A stretch of DNA of 64,000 bases from Candidatus Krumholzibacteriota bacterium (GTDB lineage: Bacteria; Krumholzibacteriota; Krumholzibacteriia; JAJRXK01). The stretch spans positions 160,001-224,000 of the forward strand of contig CAVSGG010000009.1 of the NCBI GenBank assembly GCA_963727455.1. The letters run 5' to 3'. Shown in pieces: positions 8,701 through 18,786 of this stretch. The translations under genes were made by a program, and so were the position numbers. The notes under the pieces were generated by a model, which saw nothing but the letters and a program-made list of their open reading frames with translations, ran no database searches and was not told where the DNA came from. Every line of letters begins with the position of its first letter. The first letter of the stretch is position 1.

Positions 8701-10899
8701 ATGAACGCAGAATCTGGCCCAACTTCCACCCCCACCCCTGCCGGGATGACACACCGTTTTTTTCATCAGCATCGCGCATGCCTTCTCGCGCTTTTCTTGA
8801 GCTGTTTGGCGCTTGCCGTTCGCGTCCCGCACCTCGGTTGGGGCCTGCCGGAAGTCGAGGAAGAAGCGCTGCCCATGAAAAAAGCGCTGGAGATGTGGGG
8901 TTGGGACGAGGGGCATCTGCGCCTGGATCCGCAGACGGCAGGCTGGCCCTCCCTCTCCTTCTACATCCATCTCGCCGCCCAAAAGCTGCAGTACGCGACA
9001 GGGCGCGTTCTGGGTGAGTACCACGATCGTTACGACTACCTCATCGACAATGCCCTGGATCGTCGCCAGCTGCTCCTTCTGGCGCGCCTCATCGGCGTCT
9101 TGTGCGCATGCGGGGTGGTGTTCATCGGAAGCCGCCTGGCCTTTCGTCTCGGGGGCGCCACCGCGGCCATCCTGAGCGGGGGACTTCTGGCGCTCTCGCC
9201 CATGCTCGTGCGCCACGCACAGCTGGTCACGCCCGACATCATCATGACCCTCTTCTCCGCACTGGCAGTGGCGGAGATCCTGGCCGTCGCCCAATACGGA
9301 CGCCGCCGTGACTACATCCTGGCCGGGCTCTTCATCGGCCTGGGAATCGCCTGCAAATACACCCCCATCCTCTTTGCTCTCAGCCTCTATCTCGTGCACC
9401 TGCAGCGCCTGCGCTCGCACGGAGTGAGTCTGCGCCGGGCCGGGCTCGATGACCGGTCTCTGGGGCTGGCGGCCCTCACTTGCCTCCTTGCGTTCCTCGT
9501 GACCAGTCCCTACACCCTGAGCGACCTGACGGTTCTGCGGCGCGACTTCGCCTTCCAGATGCTCCACATGAGCAAGGGGCACTTCGGGCAGGAGCATCAG
9601 GGTTCGGGGGCCATCTACTACCTGCGCCAGGTGCTGCTGCCGGGCCTTTCGAGCGGCGGATTCCTGCTGAGCCTCACCGGTCTGGGCCTGGCCAGCTGGA
9701 AGCTGAAGGGCCTCTGGCGCAGCCTGGCTCTCTGCGTGCTCACCTTTTTCGTGGGAATCGCCCTGCTCAACACGCACTTCGAGCGCTACATGCTGCCCTT
9801 GCTCCTGCCGCTCGCCCTGGGGATGGCCGCCTGGCCGCCGCTCGTACGTCACTGGATCCCGGCGCAGCGCCGCCCCCTCCAGAACGGAATTCTGCTCTCG
9901 ATCGCCCTGATCGCCCTTCTTCCCGCGGCCCTGGGAAGCTGGCGGTACCACCAGCAGAAGGGCCAAAAGAACACCCTCCAGCTGGCGCGGAGCTGGGCCA
10001 TGGAGGAGCTCCTCCCTGAGAATCCAGCTCTGGCCCAAGAGGCCTACACGCCGCAGCTGCCCACCGACCCCGGGCTCCAATTCCGCAAGCGGGCGTTTTT
10101 CGAGCGGCTTTCGGACGTGCAGCGCGCGCGCCTCCTGGACCGGCCCGTATTCCGCGCGGATTCCATCCCCATGAACTCGGTGCGGGTCGAGCTGAGCGCC
10201 TACTACTACGATCTGCGCCATTTTTTGCCCTACGACTACATCGTGACCTCCTCCTCGGTGCGCGGACGCTACGAGGCCGATCCGCAGCGCTTCCCGCGGC
10301 AGGTCGAATTCTACAAGGAGCTCGAGAATTACACGCAGATGGTGAAGAGCTTCGCGCCGGAGGGGCGGCGCAAGGGGCCAACGATTCGCTTCTATCACTT
10401 CAGCGCCCAGGACAAGGCACGCCTGGTGGCCGACAAGGGACCCTTCGATCCGCAGGACTACCGCGAGTTCTTGGACCGCCTGCACGCGCCCCAGTTCTAC
10501 GCCTTCGCCAGCGCGGTGGCGCAGCGGGCATTGGAAGCGAAGATGTGGGGATTGGCCGCCGGAGAGCTGGACGTGCTGCTGGAGGTCTCGCAGTCGGTGG
10601 GGATCACGCAGGAGCGCCGCCTTCATCTCATCGAAAGAGCGAGCTATGCCTACTACGAGGCTGGCGCCTACGAGAAGAGCCTGGCCCGGAGCATGTTGTA
10701 CCTCAGGGACGATCCGAATTCCGCGCAAGTGCTGGGCTATCAGGGCAAAGCTCTGGAGAAGCTAGGCGCATTCCAGGATGCGCTAAAAAGTTATCAGCAG
10801 TGTGCCCAGGTGGCGGCGAGTCAGAGCGGACAGGGAGAGTGGGTCGCGTGGGCGCAGGCGCGGATCGCCGAATTGCAGGCTCGGTTCAAGGGGAAGTAA
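8701..10899 (+). CDS. GT-C (PMT/ArnT-like) membrane glycosyltransferase with C-terminal TPR; start uncertain
   Basis: WGLPEVEEE loop, ALSPMLVRHAQLVTPD, GLGIACKY, FERYMLP, many TM helices, TPR-like tail (LGYQGKALEKLGAFQDALKSYQQ). Confidence 0.8.
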   Translation: MNAESGPTSTPTPAGMTHRFFHQHRACLLALFLSCLALAVRVPHLGWGLPEVEEEALPMKKALEMWGWDEGHLRLDPQTAGWPSLSFYIHLAAQKLQYATGRVLGEYHDRYDYLIDNALDRRQLLLLARLIGVLCACGVVFIGSRLAFRLGGATAAILSGGLLALSPMLVRHAQLVTPDIIMTLFSALAVAEILAVAQYGRRRDYILAGLFIGLGIACKYTPILFALSLYLVHLQRLRSHGVSLRRAGLDDRSLGLAALTCLLAFLVTSPYTLSDLTVLRRDFAFQMLHMSKGHFGQEHQGSGAIYYLRQVLLPGLSSGGFLLSLTGLGLASWKLKGLWRSLALCVLTFFVGIALLNTHFERYMLPLLLPLALGMAAWPPLVRHWIPAQRRPLQNGILLSIALIALLPAALGSWRYHQQKGQKNTLQLARSWAMEELLPENPALAQEAYTPQLPTDPGLQFRKRAFFERLSDVQRARLLDRPVFRADSIPMNSVRVELSAYYYDLRHFLPYDYIVTSSSVRGRYEADPQRFPRQVEFYKELENYTQMVKSFAPEGRRKGPTIRFYHFSAQDKARLVADKGPFDPQDYREFLDRLHAPQFYAFASAVAQRALEAKMWGLAAGELDVLLEVSQSVGITQERRLHLIERASYAYYEAGAYEKSLARSMLYLRDDPNSAQVLGYQGKALEKLGAFQDALKSYQQCAQVAASQSGQGEWVAWAQARIAELQARFKGK

Positions 10900-11608
10900 A
10901 GCCCGCTTTCAAGGAACCGAAGGAAGTGGTGTCGGCCGGCAGGCCCTTGCTCAAGCCGTCCAGATCGTAGTGAACCCAGTCCCAGATGCTCGCCCCCATC
11001 GAGGGACGGCTGGTCGCTCCCATGATCACGCGTCCCACCTCGAGCCGGCTGCCCCCCTTGGGCTGCACCAGGACGACCTGGGTCCCGTCCAGCCAGACTC
11101 CCACGAGCTCACCGTCGGGTTCTTGGCTGGAGTTCTTGACCAGCTTCACTTCGTGAAATTCATCGAAGAAATTGGCGTTCACCGTGGCGAGCCAGGACCA
11201 CTTGCCGGCGGGATTCATTTCCACCAGTTCCATGCGGTCTGCGAAGAAGTGCAGGGCCACCTGCAGATGGGGTCGCGAGAATTCGAGCACGCTCCCCTTG
11301 CCGTCGAAATTGCTGAGCGCCTTGAGACGGGCGCTCAGAACGAGGCGCGAGGAGGCCGTGATCTGTCCAAGAAGGGTCTGGAAGCTCACCTGGTCGTCGG
11401 AGCGGTTGTCGTTGATGAGCAGGCTACCATCGTCCAGCAGGATGGCAGCGCCATCGCCGATCCGGGTCCAGGGATTGGCCGCCTGGTCCGGATAGATACT
11501 CATCTCGTAATCCCCGGAGGCAACTTTCTCCATCTGTGCGAAGCAGAGCACGGGGCAGACCACGAGCAGAAGGGTCAAAAGAGCGGCGATGCGGGCGGGG
11601 AATCGCAC
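10886..11608 (-). CDS. Secreted beta-rich hypothetical protein with C-terminal TTSFGSLKA motif
   Basis: GGAGG SD and GTG 11608; signal peptide RFPARIAALLTLLLVVCPVLCFA; ends PADTTSFGSLKAGFTSP. Confidence 0.7.
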   Translation of the reverse strand: MRFPARIAALLTLLLVVCPVLCFAQMEKVASGDYEMSIYPDQAANPWTRIGDGAAILLDDGSLLINDNRSDDQVSFQTLLGQITASSRLVLSARLKALSNFDGKGSVLEFSRPHLQVALHFFADRMELVEMNPAGKWSWLATVNANFFDEFHEVKLVKNSSQEPDGELVGVWLDGTQVVLVQPKGGSRLEVGRVIMGATSRPSMGASIWDWVHYDLDGLSKGLPADTTSFGSLKAGFTSP

Positions 11609-11813
11609 GAGATCCTCCAGGGGGACAGGGCGTGGACCAAGACTCGGGATCGAGTGTACCACGGATCCCCGCCGGAACAGGAAAGAAATCCTGATCCGGA
11701 CTATTTTTTGTCGCAGTCGTGTGTCCGAGGGGTTCCCCGCGCGCAGCTTCCCGCCTTCGGCGTTTTCCGTCAAGCAAGGAAGTGCTAAAACTGAAGAACT
11801 TGTTGCGCATACT

Positions 11814-11829
11814 TGGTACGCGAAGTGCT
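11814..11829 (+). promoter_or_regulatory. Possible sigma54 (-24/-12) promoter for the NlpC/P60 gene
   Basis: TGGTACGCGAAGTGCT with correct GG-N10-GC spacing, about 47 nt before ATG 11876. Confidence 0.45.
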
Positions 11830-11875
11830 TCCTAGCTGTGTTGAATGCGTTCCGTTTCTGCCCCGTGGTTCCGCC

Positions 11876-12448
11876 ATGAGAACATCCGCACCCATTCGCA
11901 ACCCACGCCTCTTAGCGCTGGCGGCGCTCATGTTCCTGGCCGCCTGTGCCGGTCCACCTCGCAAGTCCGTGCTGCAGAGCGATCCGGAGCAGACCTCCTC
12001 TCTGCCCGCCGGGTCCACCCCGAGCGCCAGCGAGAGCTCGTCCTCCGCTGAAAATTTGCCCGCGAGTCGCCCGGAAGAAGTGAGTGCGCTCCTGCACACC
12101 GCTCGCTCATACCTCGGCGCTCCCTACCGCTATGGCGGGGAGAGCACACGCGGCTTCGACTGCTCGGGGCTGGTTTGCAGCGTATTCTTGCAGTCCGGGA
12201 TCGAGCTCCCCCGTTCCTGCGCGGCCCAGGCGCAACGCGGCCTTCCCGTCGCGCGCACGCAGCTCGCGGCGGGTGATCTGGTTTTTTTCGGGCGAGCGCG
12301 GGGGGCTCCCACCCACGTGGGAATCTACGAGGGGAAAAACCGCTTCATCCACGCCAGTACGGGCAAGGGCCGCGTGCGGCGCGACAGCTTGAAGGAGAGC
12401 TGGTTCGCGCGCCATTACCGCGGCGCGCGCAGGATTCCGCTTCCCTGA
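11876..12448 (+). CDS. NlpC/P60 (C40) peptidoglycan endopeptidase lipoprotein
   Basis: Lipobox LAAC; YLGAPYRYGG..GFDCSGL; GDLVFF; HVGIY..FIHAS. Confidence 0.92.
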   Translation: MRTSAPIRNPRLLALAALMFLAACAGPPRKSVLQSDPEQTSSLPAGSTPSASESSSSAENLPASRPEEVSALLHTARSYLGAPYRYGGESTRGFDCSGLVCSVFLQSGIELPRSCAAQAQRGLPVARTQLAAGDLVFFGRARGAPTHVGIYEGKNRFIHASTGKGRVRRDSLKESWFARHYRGARRIPLP

Positions 12449-12535
12449 GCGAGTGAATCTTCAGAATCCCGGAGCCGCGAAGGGCAGCGCCCGGGCCCTC
12501 ACCCTCTTTCCCGGACTCCCAAAAACCGGGCCTGC

Positions 12536-12964
12536 TCAGGCGCGCAGGGCCCGCTTCTGTTGGATCACCGTCGCCATGTCGGCCAGTGTCATGTGGCTCA
12601 GTTGCCCGAAGAAGCTGTCGCGCAACTCGCTCCATGTCTCATGGAGCGGGCAGGGAGCATCGTCACTGCATTCATCCAGGCCCAGCACACAACGGGCACT
12701 GTTGTGACCCGGTTCGAGGATCGCGATGACCTCTTCCGCCGTGAGACTCTCCGGGTCCCGAGCGAGCGCGAAACCGCCTCCCGGTCCCTTGGTGGAACGG
12801 ACCAAACCGTGTCCGGCCAGCTGTTGGAGAATTTTGGCCAAGTAGTGGCGTGGAATCGACTCCACCTCGGCGATCTCCCGCACGAGACAGGGACCGTCCT
12901 CACGATGGATGGCGAGATAGATGAGTGCGCGGATTCCGTATTCACAGGAACTGGAGAACAACAA
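12536..12964 (-). CDS. Rrf2 family transcriptional regulator, probably Fe-S binding
   Basis: EYGIRALIYLA, YLAKILQQL..GLVRSTKGPGGGFAL, three Cys in CVLGLDECSDDAPCPLH. Confidence 0.92.
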   Translation of the reverse strand: MLFSSSCEYGIRALIYLAIHREDGPCLVREIAEVESIPRHYLAKILQQLAGHGLVRSTKGPGGGFALARDPESLTAEEVIAILEPGHNSARCVLGLDECSDDAPCPLHETWSELRDSFFGQLSHMTLADMATVIQQKRALRA

Positions 12965-13138
12965 GGTTTCCCCCTCATACCCTCAAGGGTGCCGAAAGAT
13001 CACAAGAGAATGCAGGATATTCTACCCATTTTCTCGTGCGATGCACTCGAAAAGAATCAAAAAATGCGCTCTCGCGCCCGATGCGCCGCTCCAAACTCTC
13101 CTCGTTCGAGCGCGGACGAACGGGAGCCGCGCCGCGGC

Positions 13139-14683
13139 TCAGACCGCCGCGACGATCTCGGGGTCGAGCTCGGGCCAGCGGGCCATGTATTCCGCCCGTT
13201 CTTTGCGCAATCGCTCGACCTGCTGCCGATATTCTTCCATGCGGCCCGTGCGCTCGTAGAGCTTGCGCGGACACAAGAGCTCCCGATCCTCCTCGGGGAA
13301 GCCGGGAACCGAGCTGGCCACCTGGTAACCGAAGTCGGGATCTTCCTCCCACTCGATCGTTCCCTCGGCGATGGCCTTCACCACAGCCGAAGAGTGAGGG
13401 ATCTTGACCTTCTTGCTGCCCTCTTGATCTTCCGCTCCTCCCACTCGTCCGGTGCTCATGAGATAGACTTCCATGGGTGAGCTCTTCAGGAGCTCGTGGA
13501 AGCGATTTCCCTGCTCGGCCTGGAGCCGTGGAAAGAAGGGATTCGTGCCGGGAACGCGCAGGCTCTTGCCCGCCTCTTCTTTCCCCCCCGCGCTGGTGCC
13601 CTTGGTCTCACCCAACATGAAGTAGGCTGCGGCCTGCACCGGGGAAAGTTTGGCGACGGCGGGTATGATGTGCTCGTTGCGGTTGAGGATGAGCAGGAAG
13701 TCGGCCTTTCCCAAATCGCGCGCGTCGGCGGCGTCCTTGACCTGACTCATGGCGAAGACGGCGCGGCCATTCTGCGTGTAGCTGGTGTCGAAGAAATCCA
13801 GCTTGCCCTGATCGTCCTGGCTCACGTTCTCCAGCCAGGCCTCGGGCTGGGTGACGGCCCCGTAGATGGTGGGTTCGAACTCGGGATCCAGGCCAAAGGT
13901 CTTGGCGAAGCAGCCATTCTCGGTCGAGTAGACGACTCCACCGGGCATCAGCGCCACGAAATCGTCCTGTACCGGCTGGCTGTGATTCTGCGAGGTGAAA
14001 GTGGTCGTGGTCTTGCCCGTGCCCGAGAGCCCGACGATCAGTCCCACCCTCTTCTTGTCCTTGACCGGAATCACTTTGCAGCCGGCGTGCAGGGAGAGGC
14101 CTCCGCGCTCGTAGACCAGGTTGTTCCACATGCGCAGCCCCCCCTTCTTGGATTCTCCGAAATAGTCGCTGTTGCACACGCGGGTGATTCGCTTGTCCAG
14201 GTCCACCGAGATGACCCTGTCGTTGGGATAGCCCTCCACGGCCAGGCGGGGAGTGTAGATCACGGTGAGTTCGGGCTCGAAATCCTCGGTCCCCGGCGCG
14301 GCGGGATCGTAGTACAGAGTCTGTTGCATCACCGCGATGTTGGCAGCATAGGTGTCGATGATGAGGCGAGTCGCCGTGCGAAAATCCCTGTCGTTGCCGA
14401 TGTAGCCATCGATGACGATCATATCGCAGTCCTTGATGTGCTCCTCCTGCAGGGCCGCGATCTTGGCTCCCTCTTCCCGGCTGATGCACGGGTCGGAGTG
14501 GCGCTCGGGATGATCGGTGACGATGAAGGTGCTGGACTTGCTGCGGGCAGTCGCCTTGGTGGCAACGTTGAAATTCCCGAACTCGGTGAGACGAGCGTTT
14601 TTCATCTCGGACACCATCGTTCGAAGTTCTTCACGACTGGGATTGAAGTGGATTTTCCGAGCCTGGATGGGCAGCTTCGCCAT
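13139..14683 (-). CDS. pckA: Phosphoenolpyruvate carboxykinase (ATP)
   Basis: YFGESKKG, LHAG, GLSGTGKTT P-loop, QDD, ENGCFAKT, ENV, TQNGR. Confidence 0.9.
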   Translation of the reverse strand: MAKLPIQARKIHFNPSREELRTMVSEMKNARLTEFGNFNVATKATARSKSSTFIVTDHPERHSDPCISREEGAKIAALQEEHIKDCDMIVIDGYIGNDRDFRTATRLIIDTYAANIAVMQQTLYYDPAAPGTEDFEPELTVIYTPRLAVEGYPNDRVISVDLDKRITRVCNSDYFGESKKGGLRMWNNLVYERGGLSLHAGCKVIPVKDKKRVGLIVGLSGTGKTTTTFTSQNHSQPVQDDFVALMPGGVVYSTENGCFAKTFGLDPEFEPTIYGAVTQPEAWLENVSQDDQGKLDFFDTSYTQNGRAVFAMSQVKDAADARDLGKADFLLILNRNEHIIPAVAKLSPVQAAAYFMLGETKGTSAGGKEEAGKSLRVPGTNPFFPRLQAEQGNRFHELLKSSPMEVYLMSTGRVGGAEDQEGSKKVKIPHSSAVVKAIAEGTIEWEEDPDFGYQVASSVPGFPEEDRELLCPRKLYERTGRMEEYRQQVERLRKERAEYMARWPELDPEIVAAV

Positions 14684-14794
14684 GATTCCTCCGGAATGAA
14701 TCGTTCCTGAAGTCGCGGGGGGAGCTCGTCAAAAGAGGACGAGTAATCGGCCCGAACGTCCGTATGACGCCCCTATCGTAGAGGATGGTATGCA

Positions 14795-16573
14795 GTGACG
14801 CAACCTGCGCGAGAAGAGAGTCCGGCTCCGATCTGGCGCTGGTCGTGGGCGCTCATCGCCCTCACCGCCATCCTGGCTCATCTCCCCGCCCTGCGCGGCT
14901 ACTTCTTTCAGGACGATTGGTCGCGGCTGGCGGCGGTGGTGCACGGGGGAGGCGCGGGTCTTTTGGGTCCACGGCCTCTCTCGCGGCTCGTCGGCTTCGA
15001 ATTGGGACACTTCTTCTTCGGACTGCGCGCCGCCGCCTGGCACGCGAGCGCCCTCTGCGCCTGGGCCCTGGCCAGCGTACTCACCCAGAAGCTGGGACTT
15101 CGAATGGGTTTGCGCCCCTTCGCGGCCACGGTGGCCGGGCTCATCGCCGCGGCCACGCCGGTGGTGCTTCTGCCGGTGTTCTGGGCCAGCGCCTCGGCCG
15201 AGATCTTCGCGGTGCTCTTCGGGCTGCTCGCGCTCTGGGCCTGGCTTCATCCGCACCGACTGGGCGTGAGCCTCGCGGTGCTGGCCGGCCTGGCTTCTTT
15301 CTTCTGCAAGGAATCCCTGCTCGCTCTGCCTCTACTGTTGCTGCTGCTTCCGCGCGGGTTTCTGCCCGAAGGCGGCGCATCGCGCGCGCGTCGCAACTGG
15401 GCGCTTCTGCTGCTTCTGATAGGCGCGGTGGCGGCGGCTGCTTTGGTGTGGAAGGTGATGGCTCCGGCCGATGTCCACGATCCCTATGCCATGGGAGGAC
15501 CCAGGCTGTGGCTGATGAACCTGCTCGTCCTGGGCGCGTGGCTCGTCTCGCCCCTCGCCTTCGCGCCTCTGCCCACGCCCTCCCTGCCCTTCTTTGGAGC
15601 GCTGGTATGGGCGGCCTGGGTCGCTCTGGCGATCCGCAAGGCGCGCGCGGGAGAGCGCCGGGAGAGCTGGTGGCTGCTCCTGGCCCTTCTGAGTCTGGCG
15701 CCGGTGCTGCCGCTCGCGCGTCATCTTCAGCCCTACTATCTGCTGGGCGCGGTGCCCGCCTTCGCCTGGAGCATCGGTGGCACGCTGGATCTGCTGCAGA
15801 AAGAGGCCCCTTTGCGGCCCCGCCTTCAGCCGCTACTCGCTCTTCTCTTCGCCCTGGCGGCACTGGGCGTGGGATATAGCGCGAGTGCGCGGCGTTTCGA
15901 GGCGCGCGACGCGCGCGGCCGGCTCGAGGATCCTCTCGCGCTTCGTAGCGCTCTGGCCTACGAGGCCGCCGGCCTGGTGCGCAGTCTCCCCCTTCAACCC
16001 GGCGAGACCCTGGCCGTATTGGCCGCCACCGCGACCGAGTGGCCCAGGGAGATGCCGGTGAGGATGGCCCAGCGCCTCAACTCGAAAATCTACGTGGCCA
16101 TCGACGGTGAGAAGGGCCTGAGCGTCATGGTGCCCGAGGGAGTTTCCGTGCGCTGGGACTCCCACCTGGATGGACTGCGCGCGGACAGCATGATCCTCTT
16201 CGACGACGGTGGGATGCGGCTGCGCTTCTGGGGAAGGGTTCGTAACGCGCGCTTCTATTCGGCGCTCTTGGCAATGGCGGCACAGCAGTACCAACGCGCT
16301 CTGCACGATCTCTGGGTGGTGGGAGGAAAGGGCGCTCAGCTCGATTTCACGTATCAGCCGGAACTCTTGCCGGTGGCCGGCAGTGCGATCGACGAGAACG
16401 CCAGCCCCTTCGTGCACTACATTTTGAGCCACGAAGAAGACTCGACCCTGGCCCGTCGCCTGGTCCTGCTCTTCGAGCAGCTCTACAAAGCGGTGCGTGG
16501 AAAAGAACTGCAATGGGCCGGCGGCGCGGCGGCTGACTCCTCGTCCACTCGCGCGGATTCCTCCGGCCCCTAG
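14795..16573 (+). CDS. Multi-TM membrane protein, GT-C-like
   Basis: YFFQDDW first-loop acidic motif, RPL, CKES, 10 or more TM helices plus soluble C-terminal domain. Confidence 0.6.
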   Translation: MTQPAREESPAPIWRWSWALIALTAILAHLPALRGYFFQDDWSRLAAVVHGGGAGLLGPRPLSRLVGFELGHFFFGLRAAAWHASALCAWALASVLTQKLGLRMGLRPFAATVAGLIAAATPVVLLPVFWASASAEIFAVLFGLLALWAWLHPHRLGVSLAVLAGLASFFCKESLLALPLLLLLLPRGFLPEGGASRARRNWALLLLLIGAVAAAALVWKVMAPADVHDPYAMGGPRLWLMNLLVLGAWLVSPLAFAPLPTPSLPFFGALVWAAWVALAIRKARAGERRESWWLLLALLSLAPVLPLARHLQPYYLLGAVPAFAWSIGGTLDLLQKEAPLRPRLQPLLALLFALAALGVGYSASARRFEARDARGRLEDPLALRSALAYEAAGLVRSLPLQPGETLAVLAATATEWPREMPVRMAQRLNSKIYVAIDGEKGLSVMVPEGVSVRWDSHLDGLRADSMILFDDGGMRLRFWGRVRNARFYSALLAMAAQQYQRALHDLWVVGGKGAQLDFTYQPELLPVAGSAIDENASPFVHYILSHEEDSTLARRLVLLFEQLYKAVRGKELQWAGGAAADSSSTRADSSGP

Positions 16574-17508
16574 GGCCAATCCAGCGGGGGCGGCCACACC
16601 ATCGAACTCGGCCGCGTGCGCCGCGGCACCAAAACCCGCAATCCTCCCGGCTCGATCCGCGCGTTGATTTCTCTTCGATCCCCCTGGTCATCTCCATCGA
16701 GTTGGATGGGAATGGGATCTTCACAGCGCACGCTCACCTTCTGCCCGCGCAGGAGAGTGAGACCGCCGTGCGGTCGCGGCCGCGCGCCAAAGGATGCAGC
16801 GGCCAGGGTCACGACCTGCTCGAAGGTTTGGGCCCGGATGATGGCCACGTCCAGCATGCCGTCTTGCCCGTCGGCTTCGGGCGGAAAGATCCAGTTGCCC
16901 ATCTGGGTTCCAAAGTTGGCGACCATGACCGAGGCGGCGGTGATCTCGTGTTCGGCATCGTCCACGGTGACGACGAAGGCGTGGTGGTTGATGGGAAGAT
17001 GGCGGGCAGCGCTGATGACGTAGGCGGACTTGCCCAGGACGTTCTTCAGTTCGCGCCCGGCCTCGCGGATGAGATGACCGTCGAAGCCACCGCCGACGGC
17101 CAGGAGAAAGGGCTCCTCTTCGCTGCGCCCCAGATCGACGCGCCGTGGAACTCCTTCTTTCACCAGCCGCAAGGCGGAACGTAGCCCCATCGGGATTCCC
17201 AGGCGTAAAGCCATCACGTTCCCCGTTCCGGAGGGAACGATCGCCAAAGGACGAGAGGAGTTCGCCAGAACCCGCGAAGCCCTTTGCAGAGTTCCGTCAC
17301 CGCCGATGACCACGACGGGGCCGTCCGCTTCGTCCTCTTCGAGAATGCGGTCGGCGTCGAATTCGATTTGGGTGGAACGCCACTCGTCCGGCAGACCTTC
17401 CTCGCGCAAGACCTTGCGCAATCTGCTCTCGTCGATTCGTCGCAGATTACCGCCCGCCGCGGGATTGAAAATGATGGTGGGCGCGGACTGGGGCAAAGGC
17501 GGCTCCAT
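16570..17508 (-). CDS. Diacylglycerol-kinase family (YegS/DgkB-like) lipid kinase
   Basis: IIFNPAAG, GGDGT, PSGTGNVMA, GFDG, DGMLDV, QLDGD. Confidence 0.9.
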   Translation of the reverse strand: MEPPLPQSAPTIIFNPAAGGNLRRIDESRLRKVLREEGLPDEWRSTQIEFDADRILEEDEADGPVVVIGGDGTLQRASRVLANSSRPLAIVPSGTGNVMALRLGIPMGLRSALRLVKEGVPRRVDLGRSEEEPFLLAVGGGFDGHLIREAGRELKNVLGKSAYVISAARHLPINHHAFVVTVDDAEHEITAASVMVANFGTQMGNWIFPPEADGQDGMLDVAIIRAQTFEQVVTLAAASFGARPRPHGGLTLLRGQKVSVRCEDPIPIQLDGDDQGDRREINARIEPGGLRVLVPRRTRPSSMVWPPPLDWP

Positions 17509-17643
17509 GGTGTAGATCCTGAGGGACTGCTGGTGATCGTTCCAGTGTATCGGATGCGGCAAAAGGAGCAAGAGCCCGCTCTGCTTGCCCTGGACGGTGG
17601 CGGCGGCTAGTATGCCCCTCGATCTGCCCGCAAGGGGACCCGA

Positions 17644-18780
17644 ATGTCCAAGACCATCTCCGTTTTCCATCTTGACGACGCTCGCAGCTGGCGCGGCGGT
17701 CAGCAACAGGTGCTGTATCTCCATCGCGGACTTCTGCAGGAGGGCGTCGACTCCACGGTGGTCACGCCCGCCGGAAGCGCACTGGCCCAGCGTTGCAGTC
17801 GCGAAGATCTTCCGCTGTGGACTCTCCCGCTGCGCGGCATCGGCTCTCTCCCCTCGCTGTGGCGACTCGCCAAAGCGGCGCAAAGCAAAGGCGCGATTCT
17901 CCACAGTCACACCGCGCACACTCATACCACCGCCCTGCTGTGCTGCTCTCTCAAACCGAAGCTCAAACTGGTCGTGTCCCGGCGGGTCGATTTCGTGCCC
18001 GCCTCCACCCGCTTGAATCGCTGGAAGTACCAGAACGAGCATGTGGACCGTTATCTGGCGATCAGCTCGGGCGTGGAGCGAGTCCTCCTAAAGAGCGGCG
18101 TGCCCAAGCAGCGCATCGCCAGAGTGCCCAGCGGGATCGACCTCGCGCGTTTTCAAGACCTCTCCCCCGACAGCGCGTGGCGCGCGAGCCTGGAGCTTCC
18201 TGCGGGGCGCAAGCTCGTGGGCAGCATCGCGGCACTGGCTCCGCACAAGGACCAGGCCACCCTGCTGCGCGCTTTCGCGCGTTTGCTGCGCATGGGAGTC
18301 GATGCACAGCTCGTCATCTTCGGTGAAGGCAGTGAGCGCGCGCGACTCGAAGAGCTGCGCGGACAACTTGGAATCGAAGAGCGCGTTTTTTTGCCGGGCT
18401 TCGTGACAGAACCTCTCGCGCGTGCGGCCTGCTTCGATCTCTTCGTCATGAGCTCGGCCGAGGAGGGCCTGGGCACCGCGATCCTCGACGCGATGGCCAT
18501 GGGACAGGCGGTGGTCGCGACGGCCGCCGGCGGCATTCCCGACGCGGTGGTGGACCGCGAGACGGGACGTCTCGTGCCGCCCAAGGACGTGGAGGGGTTG
18601 GCCCAGGCTATGGCTTCCCTGCTGGGCGACGGTGAGCTCAGGCGTCGTTACGGGGAGGCCGGCCGTAAACGGGTGGAGGAACACTTCGAGGTCCACCGCA
18701 CGGTGTCCCTGACCCTCTCCGCGTATCGAGAACTCCTGGGGAACTCGCTTGCCGAGTCCCCGGCAAGTTCTCGATATTGA
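17644..18780 (+). CDS. GT4 glycosyltransferase
   Basis: WRGGQQQ, SRRVDF, HKDQATLL, EEGLGTAILDAMA, GGIPDAV. Confidence 0.9.
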   Translation: MSKTISVFHLDDARSWRGGQQQVLYLHRGLLQEGVDSTVVTPAGSALAQRCSREDLPLWTLPLRGIGSLPSLWRLAKAAQSKGAILHSHTAHTHTTALLCCSLKPKLKLVVSRRVDFVPASTRLNRWKYQNEHVDRYLAISSGVERVLLKSGVPKQRIARVPSGIDLARFQDLSPDSAWRASLELPAGRKLVGSIAALAPHKDQATLLRAFARLLRMGVDAQLVIFGEGSERARLEELRGQLGIEERVFLPGFVTEPLARAACFDLFVMSSAEEGLGTAILDAMAMGQAVVATAAGGIPDAVVDRETGRLVPPKDVEGLAQAMASLLGDGELRRRYGEAGRKRVEEHFEVHRTVSLTLSAYRELLGNSLAESPASSRY

Positions 18781-18786
18781 AGCTCC

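Noticed and set aside
8602-10728. Long antisense ORFs (also 36880-region, 40556..42121, 44637..46355, 52783..54420)
   Set aside because: Typical high-GC shadow frames opposite well-supported genes, with no recognisable motifs
17509-18042. N-terminal extension of the lipid kinase ORF (490 aa)
   Set aside because: Overlaps the divergent GT4 gene; kinase homology starts at ATG 17508
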